Program-made: the position numbers and the translations under genes
Notes under the pieces: generated by a model
Told to the model about the DNA's origin: nothing
The model's database searches: none
What the model saw: only the letters and a program-made list of their open reading frames with translations
In this document: positions 1-9,799 of the stretch, piece after piece
How the letters are laid out: each line of letters opens with the position of its first letter
Numbering within the stretch: position 1 is the stretch's first letter
DNA from: Pseudomonadota bacterium
GTDB taxonomy: Bacteria; Bdellovibrionota; Bdellovibrionia; Bdellovibrionales; SG-bin7
NCBI GenBank assembly: GCA_034439715.1
Contig: JAWXAY010000033.1
Location: 64,252 to 128,251 of the forward strand
Direction of reading: 5' to 3'
DNA: 64,000 bases

Positions 1-101
1 GATGCTAAGGGTGGGTCGTGGCGCGTAAACTTATTACAGGGTTCAGAACCTCCTAATATCTCATTGATAAAGCAAAGTCTTTTAGGTAAAGCTTTGGGCT
101 C

Positions 102-1193
102 ATGAATATCCCCCGTACTTCTCAAAACTTTTATTCGTTTACAATGAAAACTTTGCGTGAGTTTCTAGTCCAATTTGGAAAAGAAAAATTTCGAGCCGAG
201 CAGCTTTTTCGCTGGGTTTATATCGAGGGTGTTACTGATTTTAATCTCATGACAAATCTCTCCAAGGCCTTTCGTGAAGAACTGACAAAAGTTATACATT
301 TTGAGTTGCCTCAAGTAGTAAGCCATCTCAAAAGCGAAGACGGCACGCAAAAACTTTTACTGAATGTTGGCGACAAAAAAACCATAGAGGCCGTTTTGAT
401 TCCCTCAGATGGTCGCCTGACTTTATGTGTATCTTCAGAGGTGGGCTGCAATATGGCCTGTCAGTTTTGTTATACGGGCAAAATTAAGCTTAGTAAAAGA
501 CTTTCAGTTGACCAAATTGTGGGACAATATCTGCGAGCTCGAGAAGTATTGGCTCCTGAAGAGCGAATTTCAAATATTGTATTTATGGGAATGGGCGAGC
601 CCCTCGATAATCCTCAGAATGTTTTTCCTGCGATTGAAATTCTACATGAAACTTTTGGTATTAACTTGTCGCTAAAAAAAATAACTGTCTCGACGTCAGG
701 TTTAGTGCCACAAATGCCATTGATCACTGAGGCCGGAGTTAGGCTTGCAGTTAGCTTAAATGCCTCTAACGATGAAGTCCGTTCGCAAATAATGCCGATC
801 AACAAAAAATACCCCATTAAGGAGCTGCTCGACGCTTGCCGCGAGCACTGTCGTGAAACTAAAGACAAAGTGACACTCGAATATGTGTTGCTAAAGGGAG
901 TCACAGATTCTTTAGAGCATGCGCACGAACTTTATCATCTGACTAAATCGGTTCCGTGTAAAATAAATATTATTCCGTTTAATGAACACCCGGGAGCTGA
1001 TTTCCTAAGGCCGTCAATGAATCAGGTTTATAAGTTTCAGCAGGAATTAATTAATCTAGGTGCTCACGTGCTGCTCCGAAAAACCATGGGTAGAGATATT
1101 TTTGCAGCTTGCGGGCAACTGACCTCCTTTTATCAGGATCGGCCTGAAAAATTAAATGTCAAAAAACCAATCGAGGGGAATTTGCATGCCTAA
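102..1193 (+). CDS. rlmN: 23S rRNA (adenine2503-C2)/tRNA methyltransferase RlmN, radical SAM
   Basis: CxxxCxxC (CNMACQFC), TLCVSSEVGC, NIVFMGMGEP and C-terminal DIFAACGQL motifs; 363 aa. Confidence 0.95.
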   Translation: MNIPRTSQNFYSFTMKTLREFLVQFGKEKFRAEQLFRWVYIEGVTDFNLMTNLSKAFREELTKVIHFELPQVVSHLKSEDGTQKLLLNVGDKKTIEAVLIPSDGRLTLCVSSEVGCNMACQFCYTGKIKLSKRLSVDQIVGQYLRAREVLAPEERISNIVFMGMGEPLDNPQNVFPAIEILHETFGINLSLKKITVSTSGLVPQMPLITEAGVRLAVSLNASNDEVRSQIMPINKKYPIKELLDACREHCRETKDKVTLEYVLLKGVTDSLEHAHELYHLTKSVPCKINIIPFNEHPGADFLRPSMNQVYKFQQELINLGAHVLLRKTMGRDIFAACGQLTSFYQDRPEKLNVKKPIEGNLHA

Positions 1194-2091
1194 CATCGTA
1201 GTTATCGGAAGCCTTGCTTATGATTCCATTTATACCCCCTCCGGCGCCGCAGAGCGCGCCTTGGGTGGGTCCTCAAATTATTTTTCATTGGCGGCGAGCC
1301 TCTATACTAAAGTGCGCGTAGTAGGCGTTGTTGGAGAGGACTATTTAGCGACAGATTTAGAATTACTAACTCATAGAGGGGTTGATGTTTCAGGAGTTCA
1401 AAAACTTCCGGGCAAAACTTTTCATTGGGCCGGTAAGTATGAGGGCGACCTAAATGAGGCGCAGACTTTAGTGACAGAATTAAATGTGTTTGAAACTTTT
1501 TCTCCAAAATTGCCCGAAAAATATAGAGACAGTGAGTATGTATTTTTGGCAAACATCGATCCTGATTTGCAAATGTCCGTTCTCGAACAAGTAAAAAAAC
1601 CTCGTGTGATCGCTTGCGATACAATGAATTTTTGGATTAGCTCTAAATTAAATTCTCTCAAAAAAGTTATCGAGAAAGTGGATGTTTTACTTATTAATGA
1701 GGGCGAAGCAAAAATTTTGACTGGCGCCCCAAACGCTATTGCTGCGGCACCTCTTCTTAACAAAATGGGGCCAAAAGCTGTGGTGATTAAACGTGGGGAG
1801 TACGGATTTGCTCTTTATCATGATAGCCACTTTTTTATTTTACCGGCTTTTCCAATATCTAAAGTGATCGATCCGACGGGCGCCGGTGATACATTTGCTG
1901 GGGGATTTATGAGTTACTTAGCACAACATAGCGGAGACTTAAGTCGTGAGAGTCTACGAAACGCCTGCATACGGGGAAGCATGCTTGCCAGTTTTACTGT
2001 CCAAGACTTTAGTATTAGAGCCCTTCTTAAACTGTCGGCAGCGGACGTTGAAAAGCGCCAAGCGGAGTATCGAAAAGTAATATCGCTGTAA
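1186..2091 (+). CDS. PfkB/ribokinase-family sugar or nucleoside kinase
   Basis: N-terminal GSLAYD..LGGS and C-terminal DPTGAGDTFAGG PfkB signature. Start moved to ATG 1186, which overlaps the rlmN stop. Confidence 0.9.
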   Translation: MPNIVVIGSLAYDSIYTPSGAAERALGGSSNYFSLAASLYTKVRVVGVVGEDYLATDLELLTHRGVDVSGVQKLPGKTFHWAGKYEGDLNEAQTLVTELNVFETFSPKLPEKYRDSEYVFLANIDPDLQMSVLEQVKKPRVIACDTMNFWISSKLNSLKKVIEKVDVLLINEGEAKILTGAPNAIAAAPLLNKMGPKAVVIKRGEYGFALYHDSHFFILPAFPISKVIDPTGAGDTFAGGFMSYLAQHSGDLSRESLRNACIRGSMLASFTVQDFSIRALLKLSAADVEKRQAEYRKVISL

Positions 2092-2095
2092 TACT

Positions 2096-2129
2096 AGACC
2101 AAAGACCGTCTTTATTTTTGGTCTTTTTT
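2096..2129 (+). terminator. Probable intrinsic terminator after rlmN-pfkB
   Basis: AGACCAAAGA...TTTTTGGTCT stem followed by a T-run. Confidence 0.55.
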
Positions 2130-2157
2130 AGGGCTGGTACCTACCGAGAAAAATCCT

Positions 2158-2184
2158 TAATTAATTCCTATGAATTTCCGATAG
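2158..2184 (+). promoter_or_regulatory. Putative sigma28 (FliA) promoter
   Basis: TAAT-N15-TCCGATAG versus consensus TAAA-N15-GCCGATAA. Confidence 0.45.
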
Positions 2185-2193
2185 TTATGGTGG

Positions 2194-2943
2194 ATGAGTG
2201 AACAAAAAGGTGGCGGTAAGTTTGCGATGGGCATCGTGGATGCGCTGTTGGGTAAAGACCAACAGAAGGTCGGCGAACAGCTTCCGGATTTCAAAAGGTT
2301 AGAAACTCCCAAAGGAATTTTTTCGACGCCGGGCCATTTGCCAACAACTGAAGCCGCACTCGCGCAATCCGAAAACCTCAGAGTTGCCCAACAGAGATTG
2401 CTAGAACTCGAAGAAGAAATCGAACGACTGAGACGCGAAAACGAAAAACTAATTGCTGCTGGTCAGACGCTAAATCGTCGAATTGACGAAACTTCTTCAA
2501 AACTCGAAAGCACTACTCGTCGTCTTGGTGAAGATCGAGATTCTCATGAAGATGAAAAGCGGGTTTTGACTGAATCTATCAATGCGAAAGATCGCGAAAT
2601 AGGCCGCGTCACAGGTAAAGTTGAAGAGTTAGAAATCCGCCTGAGCACAGACCTTAAAAAAATTCGAGTGAGAGAACGAGAGCTAGAAAATCGATTAGAG
2701 ATAATGAAAATGGAAAGCTCAGCGGTCATCCGTAATAAAGACGAGATTATATTGGATCTCAAGAGAGGTCTTGATCAATTGAACCTAGACATTGAAAATC
2801 AACGGAGTCGGGAGTCAGCAAGTTCGGATAAGCTAGAGAAGGAGCAAGAAAAAACTCGTAGGGCCGTCAAGGCTATGAGGCTGGCCCTTTCTCTTCTCGA
2901 GGATGAAGAACTCTCACAAACGCCACTTAAAAAGGTTAGATAA
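2194..2943 (+). CDS. Cytoplasmic coiled-coil protein of unknown function
   Basis: 249 aa, E/K/R/L-rich heptad pattern over most of its length, no TM segment. Confidence 0.75.
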   Translation: MSEQKGGGKFAMGIVDALLGKDQQKVGEQLPDFKRLETPKGIFSTPGHLPTTEAALAQSENLRVAQQRLLELEEEIERLRRENEKLIAAGQTLNRRIDETSSKLESTTRRLGEDRDSHEDEKRVLTESINAKDREIGRVTGKVEELEIRLSTDLKKIRVRERELENRLEIMKMESSAVIRNKDEIILDLKRGLDQLNLDIENQRSRESASSDKLEKEQEKTRRAVKAMRLALSLLEDEELSQTPLKKVR

Positions 2944-2949
2944 ATTCGC

Positions 2950-3963
2950 ATGAGTAATCTGTTAGAAAAAATTCTTAGCTTTGAAGATACTTTGACCTTA
3001 GACAATTGGTCTGAATGTCTTTCCAGTTGCATGAGATCCTTTCGCGTTGAGCTCGATTGTGAAGACGCGTTTTGGCTTCATGGAAACTTTCTACAAAACT
3101 TAAAGGTAAAGGTTGAGCAAAAGACGATGTTACGAATTCCTCGAGCCAAACTGGGCGAGCCCATTCCCACATTGTTGTCGCTTGAGCCTTTAGCGCAAGA
3201 CCAATTTTCGCAGTTGGCGATTGACCTCATTGAAGGCTCCCAGCTTGATATTTCCAAACTTACTAAACCAACTATTATTGCGACCACGCTCAATAATTTT
3301 TTAATTTGGCCAGTTTATAATAGGCAGTGCGACTATAAGATTGGCGTGTTCATTTTTAGAAATCTGAAAAAGTGGGAAGCTTCGTGGATTCGTGAGGCCA
3401 TAATCCCAATTGAAAAAGTTATCTCGCGAAATATAGACGAAGCTTTTCGCTTTATCAAAGCGCGAGAGTTAGCCTTTGTGGATGACTTGACGGGGCTTTA
3501 CAACCAGAGGTATTTAGGGCGGGCGTTAGATCGAGAAATTGCCCAGTCTAAAAGACAAAAAATTCCCTTTTCTATTTTGTTTTTGGACGTTGATCACTTC
3601 AAAATGGTCAATGACAAGTTTGGACATGTTATTGGGTCAAAAATTTTGGCGCAGTTGGGAAGTGTCCTGAAGACTCATGTGCGGGGAAGTGATGTAGGAA
3701 TTCGATATGGCGGAGATGAATATCTGTTGCTGCTGACAGGAGCCAACGCTAAAAACGCAAGCATAGCGGCCGAGAGGATACGAAAAATAATTGCGGCTCA
3801 GGACTTCGAAATTGCAGGTAAGCCCTATAAGATAACTGCCAGCATTGGTGTGGCCGCCTTTCCAGAGCATGCAATGAATAAAGAAGAACTTATTAACTTG
3901 GCCGACCAAGCAATGTACAACAGTAAAAATTCGGGAAGAAATAAAATTTACTTAGCTAGTTAG
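2950..3963 (+). CDS. GGDEF diguanylate cyclase with an unrecognised N-terminal (possibly GAF-like) domain
   Basis: DDLTGLYN, DVDHFKMVNDKFGH, RGSD I-site, GGDEY active site. Confidence 0.9.
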   Translation: MSNLLEKILSFEDTLTLDNWSECLSSCMRSFRVELDCEDAFWLHGNFLQNLKVKVEQKTMLRIPRAKLGEPIPTLLSLEPLAQDQFSQLAIDLIEGSQLDISKLTKPTIIATTLNNFLIWPVYNRQCDYKIGVFIFRNLKKWEASWIREAIIPIEKVISRNIDEAFRFIKARELAFVDDLTGLYNQRYLGRALDREIAQSKRQKIPFSILFLDVDHFKMVNDKFGHVIGSKILAQLGSVLKTHVRGSDVGIRYGGDEYLLLLTGANAKNASIAAERIRKIIAAQDFEIAGKPYKITASIGVAAFPEHAMNKEELINLADQAMYNSKNSGRNKIYLAS

Positions 3964-3974
3964 GATGACTGGTA

Positions 3975-5054
3975 ATGAAAAAAATTAAAATTGTCGTGAG
4001 TGACCTGCATCTCGGTAAGGGCCGTCTCCTTGAGGGGGGTGCTTTAAACTCTCTAGAAGAATTTTACTTTGCAGAAAAATTTTCTGAATTTTTGTCCTAT
4101 TATACTTCGGGCGAGTACAAAGGATACCAGGTTGAGCTGGTTCTTAATGGCGACATTTTTAATTTTCTTCAAGTTGATTTTCGTGGACATTTTTTAACGG
4201 TTTTGACCGAGGGCGTTTGTGTGGCAATTTTGAAATCCATTGTCGGGGGGCACCCGCAATTCTTTAAGGCTCTCAGCGAATTCGCCGCTATAGAGGGCAA
4301 TCAAATTACCTATGTGGTTGGCAATCATGATCAGGGAATGTTTTGGCCTGCTACCCGAGCTCATCTCGACCAGGTCGTTGGCAAAAAAGTTCGCTTCAGA
4401 AATCTCGTCTATTATTTTGATGGCGTGCATATTGAGCATGGTCATATGTACGAAGCAGCAAACCGACTTGAGACAAAAAGATTTTTTCTGAAAAAAAACC
4501 TACCAGAGCCAATTTTGAATCTGCCGCTGGGTTCCCATTTCTTTGTGGAGTTTGTTCTAAAGATCAAAGAAGTTTGGCCTTACGTCGATAAAATAAGACC
4601 CTTTCGAAATATGATCCGCTGGGCTATATTTACTGAACCTTGGCTTATGTTTTCGGGAACGCTCAAACTTATTTGGTACTTTCTCAAAGTGGCTCTAACC
4701 AATGATCCCCGTCGGCAGGTTTCTATAAAAAAAATCCTACACGTATTTTTAGAAAGCGCCGTATTTCCTGATTTAAGCGAAGCTGCAAATAAGATCCTGC
4801 AGGACGAGCGTGTTCATACTGTGGTATTTGGTCACACTCACGTTTACCAGTATAGGCAGTGGGCCGACGACATGGAGTATTTCAATACGGGCACTTGGAC
4901 CGAGCTAACTTCGCTCGACATGTCCTCCCTTGGCAAGATCACGAAACTTACTTACTGTCTTATAGAATACCCACAAGATGACGGCCGCCCACGGGGCCGG
5001 TTAAAGGAGTGGCGAGGCTATCATCGTATCGAAGAAGATGTAGCGATCGCGTAA
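3975..5054 (+). CDS. Calcineurin-like metallophosphoesterase (LpxH-like fold)
   Basis: SDLH, NGD, GNHD, EHGH and FGHTH metal-binding motifs. Confidence 0.85.
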   Translation: MKKIKIVVSDLHLGKGRLLEGGALNSLEEFYFAEKFSEFLSYYTSGEYKGYQVELVLNGDIFNFLQVDFRGHFLTVLTEGVCVAILKSIVGGHPQFFKALSEFAAIEGNQITYVVGNHDQGMFWPATRAHLDQVVGKKVRFRNLVYYFDGVHIEHGHMYEAANRLETKRFFLKKNLPEPILNLPLGSHFFVEFVLKIKEVWPYVDKIRPFRNMIRWAIFTEPWLMFSGTLKLIWYFLKVALTNDPRRQVSIKKILHVFLESAVFPDLSEAANKILQDERVHTVVFGHTHVYQYRQWADDMEYFNTGTWTELTSLDMSSLGKITKLTYCLIEYPQDDGRPRGRLKEWRGYHRIEEDVAIA

Positions 5055-5056
5055 GT

Positions 5057-6283
5057 ATGATATTTTTGACTGAATCCACAGTTAAGGCCACTCAAAGCGA
5101 AACCGAATTGGCGTTAGCAAGCGTTGAGAAGGTTTTATCGAGAATGGATTTGGGTTTTTTGAAAACACCCGAGCGCGCTCATTTGTGGAAATCCAGCCAG
5201 GAGCGAGCCACCCAATTAAGAAATACCTGTCAAACAATGATTGTTTTGGGAATTGGTGGGAGCGCGATGGGCGGACGCGCCATTCAAGAAATATTTGAAA
5301 CAAGCCACTCAAAATTCAAAGTCGAGTTTATAGATAATATAGATAGCCATAGTTTTTGGAAAAAAATAGAATCGCTTAAAGATCTAGAGAAAACCCATTG
5401 GGTACTCGTGTCCAAGAGTGGAAATACACTTGAAACTCTGGCGATGGGGAATTATTTAAATCAGTTTTTAGCAGATAAAGGCATTGAAATTAAAAATGTC
5501 TGTACTGTTGTTACAGAACCTAAAGAAAACATCCTCGCCAGATGGGCAAAAAAAAACCAGGTGCCAATGTTAGAAATTCCACTCGACGTGGGTGGGAGAT
5601 TTTCGGTTTTGACTCCAGTGGGACTTCTGCCGGCAGCTTTTTTGGGAGCCGACCTTGAACAGATACGCCAGGGTGCGCTTTGGGCCGCTAGCGAAAAGGA
5701 GTTAGCCACAAACCTTGTAGCGCTCAGTATGGCAAGTTTTAGGCGCGAGGAGTGGATAACATGTTTTTGGAGCTACTGTGATAGTTTAAAAAGTTTCGGT
5801 TTTTGGGTGCAACAGTTGTGGGCCGAATCCCTCGCTAAAAAAACTACTAGAGAGAACAAGCCCGCGCCTCGTGCGAGTACACCTATCCCATTAATTGGAT
5901 CCCGTGATCAACACTCCGTCCTGCAGCAAATTGCTGAGGGGCACCGCGATAAATTTATTTGGTTTATTAGAGTCTCTGAAGGCGAAGATTACGGAGCAAT
6001 TCTTAAAAAAGATATTTTTGGTGCTGACGTAAATTACGAAAATAAAAACCTAGGTCGAGTTTTTGCTGCCTTGGCAGTGTCAACTACCCAAGGCTTGAAG
6101 CAAGTAGGAGTAAACTCACTCACCCTACGTCTGGGACGGCTACAAGAAAAAGAGGTCGGTGCGCTTTTTATGATTTTTCAAGTGGTGGTGGCGGCCCTCG
6201 GTGAGTGTATGGATATCAACGCGTTTGATCAGCCCGGCGTCGAGCTAGGCAAGAGGCTGGCCAAAGAGATTCTTCAGAACTGA
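5057..6283 (+). CDS. pgi: Glucose-6-phosphate isomerase (short form)
   Basis: GIGGS, SKSGNTLET, DVGGRFSV, QLWAESLAK and AFDQPGVELGK motifs. Start moved to ATG 5057. Confidence 0.93.
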   Translation: MIFLTESTVKATQSETELALASVEKVLSRMDLGFLKTPERAHLWKSSQERATQLRNTCQTMIVLGIGGSAMGGRAIQEIFETSHSKFKVEFIDNIDSHSFWKKIESLKDLEKTHWVLVSKSGNTLETLAMGNYLNQFLADKGIEIKNVCTVVTEPKENILARWAKKNQVPMLEIPLDVGGRFSVLTPVGLLPAAFLGADLEQIRQGALWAASEKELATNLVALSMASFRREEWITCFWSYCDSLKSFGFWVQQLWAESLAKKTTRENKPAPRASTPIPLIGSRDQHSVLQQIAEGHRDKFIWFIRVSEGEDYGAILKKDIFGADVNYENKNLGRVFAALAVSTTQGLKQVGVNSLTLRLGRLQEKEVGALFMIFQVVVAALGECMDINAFDQPGVELGKRLAKEILQN

Positions 6284-6322
6284 ATTGTCTGAACCCTAAA
6301 AACCTTCATATAATTAAGCTAC

Positions 6323-7273
6323 ATGGCAAATAACAAAGATGAAACAGAAGAGCCAACCGCACCCGGTGAAAAGACGAGTGTTATATCTGGTGATACATTT
6401 AAAGGTCGCCTGGCTGAAGCGGTTAAGGAGCCGCCATGTTTGGTGTTGTTAGTTGGCCCTACTAGATACATTGGTAAGCAATGGCCCATTACCGGCACTG
6501 ATTTAATTATCGGCCGTGCCTCTCAGTCACAAATTTATATAGATGATCGAAGTGTTAGTAAATCCCACGCTAAAATTATACTGTCAGAACTTAACGAAGT
6601 TTCAATTGTCGATTTAGAGTCCACAAATAAAACAGTTATCAATGGTCGGCCAGTGCCATCGCTAACACCTGTAAGACTACAAAACAATGACCAGCTCAAA
6701 ACCGGAAATGTTATTTTTAAATTTCTGGAAAGAGGCAATATTGAAGCCATGACTTCAAAGGACATTCATGATCGTACGCAGCTCGATGGTCTGACGAAAA
6801 TTTTTAATAAGTCTTCATTGTTAGAGCATGGGATCGAGGCTTTTAAGAGGGCGCAGTTGATGCAGTTTCCGATAACAGTTATTAATTTTGACCTCGATCA
6901 TTTTAAAAATGTAAACGATACTCACGGACACCTAGCTGGCGACTATGTTTTAAAAGAAATCGCTGAGCTGGTAAAAACAAAATTTATTCGTGGAGATGAT
7001 TTCTTTGCGCGCTTTGGCGGTGAGGAGTTTGTCATTATTCTCCATGGAAGTACAGCGGCGCAAGGGTTAGAGATTGCGGAGCGTATCAGACTCAATATTC
7101 AAAAGCATCAATTTGTGTTTGAAGGAAATAAGTTACCCATTACTATTTCTGCGGGAGTGGCCGAGAAGAGTCCCTCGATGGCCGACTGGGATGATCTCTA
7201 TAAAAAGTCAGATATGGCCCTTTATCAGTCTAAAAATAGTGGCCGTAATAAGGTGACAAAAGGCACAACCTAA
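6323..7273 (+). CDS. dgcB: FHA-GGDEF diguanylate cyclase, DgcB-like
   Basis: N-terminal EKTSV tail, FHA domain (IIGR, SKSHA, STN), RGDD I-site, GGEEF. Follows pgi as in Bdellovibrio bacteriovorus. Confidence 0.88.
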   Translation: MANNKDETEEPTAPGEKTSVISGDTFKGRLAEAVKEPPCLVLLVGPTRYIGKQWPITGTDLIIGRASQSQIYIDDRSVSKSHAKIILSELNEVSIVDLESTNKTVINGRPVPSLTPVRLQNNDQLKTGNVIFKFLERGNIEAMTSKDIHDRTQLDGLTKIFNKSSLLEHGIEAFKRAQLMQFPITVINFDLDHFKNVNDTHGHLAGDYVLKEIAELVKTKFIRGDDFFARFGGEEFVIILHGSTAAQGLEIAERIRLNIQKHQFVFEGNKLPITISAGVAEKSPSMADWDDLYKKSDMALYQSKNSGRNKVTKGTT

Positions 7274-7278
7274 GACTT

Positions 7279-7806
7279 TTATTTTTCTCCCTTTCGCGAT
7301 TTTGTAGGGCGAGAAATATTATTTTGGTAGGCAAATCCAGCAAAATGTTTTTTTGCTGCTTTGTTGTATGCCAGCGCGGCTTCGTCCTCGGAATTAAAAT
7401 CTCCAAGACTGATAGAAATACCTTCAACACTAATCCCCGCGCGCCAAGTACCTTGTGCCTTGATATAAGAAACACCCTTAAAGCGTGATGAAGAGCCACT
7501 CCGTCGTTTAGGGAGGAGCTGTTGACGTTCTTGCAAAGTGCAAACAACCAGATTCTCTTTGCGATAATCTAAGCTATCGTTAAAGCGTCGGGGATAAACT
7601 TGTTTTTGATTTTTAGGTTTCATCAAAAAACGCCCCAGAGTCATGGTCAGTACTTTTTTACCTTCGCGATAAGAGGTGACGACTCTGTTTCGACCAGTTG
7701 TGCCTTGAGTGACACGCCAAGAATATTCGCTGACTCTGTCCAGATCCTCGCTATCAATCTTTACCTTGTAATTAGGATGAGCCTTTAAATAACACCATGC
7801 TTTCAT
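7279..7806 (-). CDS. AP2 DNA-binding domain protein with degenerate HNH-like N-terminal region
   Basis: SRFKGVS..WRAGI..SLGDFNSEDEAALAYNKAA AP2 motif; LDYRKENL resembles HNH LDNRRENL. Confidence 0.8.
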   Translation of the reverse strand: MKAWCYLKAHPNYKVKIDSEDLDRVSEYSWRVTQGTTGRNRVVTSYREGKKVLTMTLGRFLMKPKNQKQVYPRRFNDSLDYRKENLVVCTLQERQQLLPKRRSGSSSRFKGVSYIKAQGTWRAGISVEGISISLGDFNSEDEAALAYNKAAKKHFAGFAYQNNISRPTKSRKGEK

Positions 7807-8008
7807 GAGTAAATTTTAGCATAAAAGGTGTGACCTAACATTTTGTAACGCACGAAATTACGAAATCTTAGTTCATATTTTTGTGCCAATTTTGGTCCCT
7901 GGTGCACAATAACCAGGCATGGAGTTTGAAGTAATATCCAGCAAGGTGTTCGGGTGGGACCAAACGGCACCACCATTAATATCCTTTATCCCCAAGTTAA
8001 GGAGGCTC

Positions 8009-8689
8009 ATGAAAGCCAAAGAAAATAACGAAATTATTATTAACCAGAAGTCCAGCATCGGACGTCTATATATCGGTTCTGAGGAATCCGCTAAGGATGG
8101 CGTACTAATAGAACAGGTAAGAGGTGGCGACAAGCAGGCCTTCTCAGAACTTGTAAAGAAGTACCAGAGACAGGTATTACGCCTGGCTTTACGGCTCGTA
8201 GGAGAGCTAGAAACGGCGGAGGATGTGGCACAAGAAAGTTTTTTTAAGGCCTATCAAAAGCTCAATTTTTTTGAAGGCCGATCGGCATTTAAAAGCTGGT
8301 TATTTCAAATTACGGTAAATACAGCAAAAAATAAACTCCGTGGTAAACGCCGTGATTTTATTTCACTCGATAAAATTAATCTTGCGGTGAGCGCTCAGGC
8401 CGAGCTTAAACTCGAGACCACGGCCTTGAGCCTTCTCATTCAAAAAGCGGTGAGCGAGTTGCCAGAACGTCAACGTTTGGCTTTAGTTTTAAGAGTGTTC
8501 GAAGATCTAAGTTTTAAAGAAGTCGCCGAAGTTATGGAGTGCCCTTATGATACTGCGAAAGCCAACTATAGACATGCACTATTGAAATTAAAGACTCAAA
8601 TCGCGGACGAAGATTTGCTCAATTGCTTTGGTGACAGCGATATATTTGTATCAAATTCAACCGTACTATTAGAAGGAGTAGAAGCATGA
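8009..8689 (+). CDS. ECF (RpoE-like) sigma-70 factor
   Basis: AEDVAQESF and FKSWLFQITVN (region 2), LPERQR..LSFKEVAEVM (region 4). AAGGAGG precedes ATG 8009. Confidence 0.9.
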   Translation: MKAKENNEIIINQKSSIGRLYIGSEESAKDGVLIEQVRGGDKQAFSELVKKYQRQVLRLALRLVGELETAEDVAQESFFKAYQKLNFFEGRSAFKSWLFQITVNTAKNKLRGKRRDFISLDKINLAVSAQAELKLETTALSLLIQKAVSELPERQRLALVLRVFEDLSFKEVAEVMECPYDTAKANYRHALLKLKTQIADEDLLNCFGDSDIFVSNSTVLLEGVEA

Positions 8690-8934
8690 ATACAATAATC
8701 AAAAAAGCCCCGATAAATCCAAATTGGTGGCAAAAACTGGCGCTAACTTTGAAGTGGCATAAAAATTCGGGTGTCCCGCTTAGCGAAAAATATTGGCAAA
8801 ATTTAAATGATAAGATCATGAGTCAAATTTATATTGATGACAAAAAGATTTCGAGTAATTTTGTCGATAAGAATATCGACAAGAAAAATTTGCCTGACAA
8901 AACCTTACCAGGTCAACTCAGCGTTGAAATTTAA
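8686..8934 (+). CDS. Small protein translationally coupled to the ECF sigma gene, candidate anti-sigma factor
   Basis: ATGA overlap with the sigma stop; 82 aa with P..EKYWQNLNDKIMSQI helix. Confidence 0.55.
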   Translation: MNTIIKKAPINPNWWQKLALTLKWHKNSGVPLSEKYWQNLNDKIMSQIYIDDKKISSNFVDKNIDKKNLPDKTLPGQLSVEI

Positions 8935-9667
8935 AAGTCGCGATGCAGGCCACTTCTTGAGGTGGCTCTTCGTGACCGGAGTGCACACTGTCAAAGTGTA
9001 CAAGTTTTACTTGCGGCAACTCTCGTAAAACTTCGTTGAGATTGACGGGTTCGTTTTCAAAAAACCAAACTGAGCCATACTCTTTTAAATAATCTTCTAA
9101 GACCTCTCTTTTAAAAACAGCGTCAGGTCGGACCGTATTGGGCTTTAAGATGAGATTGGCGTGTTTAGCATCAAGCGGAAAATCGAGGTTTTTGAGGCTT
9201 TCCACTGTGCCTTTCCACATACTTTTGGTTTCGCGTGCGGTTAAATAGGCCACATCAACACCACACTTTACTAATTCCTGAACGAACTCTACGGCGCCCT
9301 CGGAGGGAATATCAAAATGTAGGTAAGTGTTCGAAAAAAAGTGTTTATGCCAGAATTTTTTAAGTTCATGAAAAAACTCATAAGAGCTGTCCATAAGGCC
9401 AACCCGTTCGAGGGCGTGTTCGATGTCCCAGTCGTCAGGATGATGAACATAGTTTTCAAGAATTTTTGATTCCTTGAAAAAGCGGCTCGCGATTTTGTCT
9501 GTAGCACCGAAATCTCTGAAAATTTGGGTCATACGTGGTGAGACTTCGAGAAGTGTGGAGTCTAAATCAAAAACAGCAGTTACTTTTTTAAGCCGCCCAT
9601 TATACTGGCGGACTTCCTGTTTAATAGCGTCGAGGATTTGTTCTATTGTGCGTAAGTGTTGCGTCAT
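8918..9667 (-). CDS. HAD-superfamily acid phosphatase-like hydrolase
   Basis: VFDLDSTL motif I, YLTAR motif II, K motif III and FENEP motif IV variant. Confidence 0.8.
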   Translation of the reverse strand: MTQHLRTIEQILDAIKQEVRQYNGRLKKVTAVFDLDSTLLEVSPRMTQIFRDFGATDKIASRFFKESKILENYVHHPDDWDIEHALERVGLMDSSYEFFHELKKFWHKHFFSNTYLHFDIPSEGAVEFVQELVKCGVDVAYLTARETKSMWKGTVESLKNLDFPLDAKHANLILKPNTVRPDAVFKREVLEDYLKEYGSVWFFENEPVNLNEVLRELPQVKLVHFDSVHSGHEEPPQEVACIATFKFQR

Positions 9668-9799
9668 AAATTGCTTAAGGTGCCAAGCCGTAAAAGAGAA
9701 TTTAACAGATATGTTTCAATCCTTACAAAATCTCATATCACGGGCCGGTTGGCCACTATTTATTGGCCATGGAATTCTTTTCTGGTTATAAGGCAAGGA

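Noticed and set aside
7870..7895. Sigma54 promoter-like TGGCAC hits (here on the minus strand, also near 12540 and 51611)
   Set aside because: None has the -12 TTGC at the required spacing
7919..8008. Upstream in-frame extensions given by the ORF track (also 1156, 5009, 9656, 11417, 13525, 29938, 39830, 51648, 54428)
   Set aside because: Downstream starts fit SD position, signal peptides or lipoboxes and gene overlaps better
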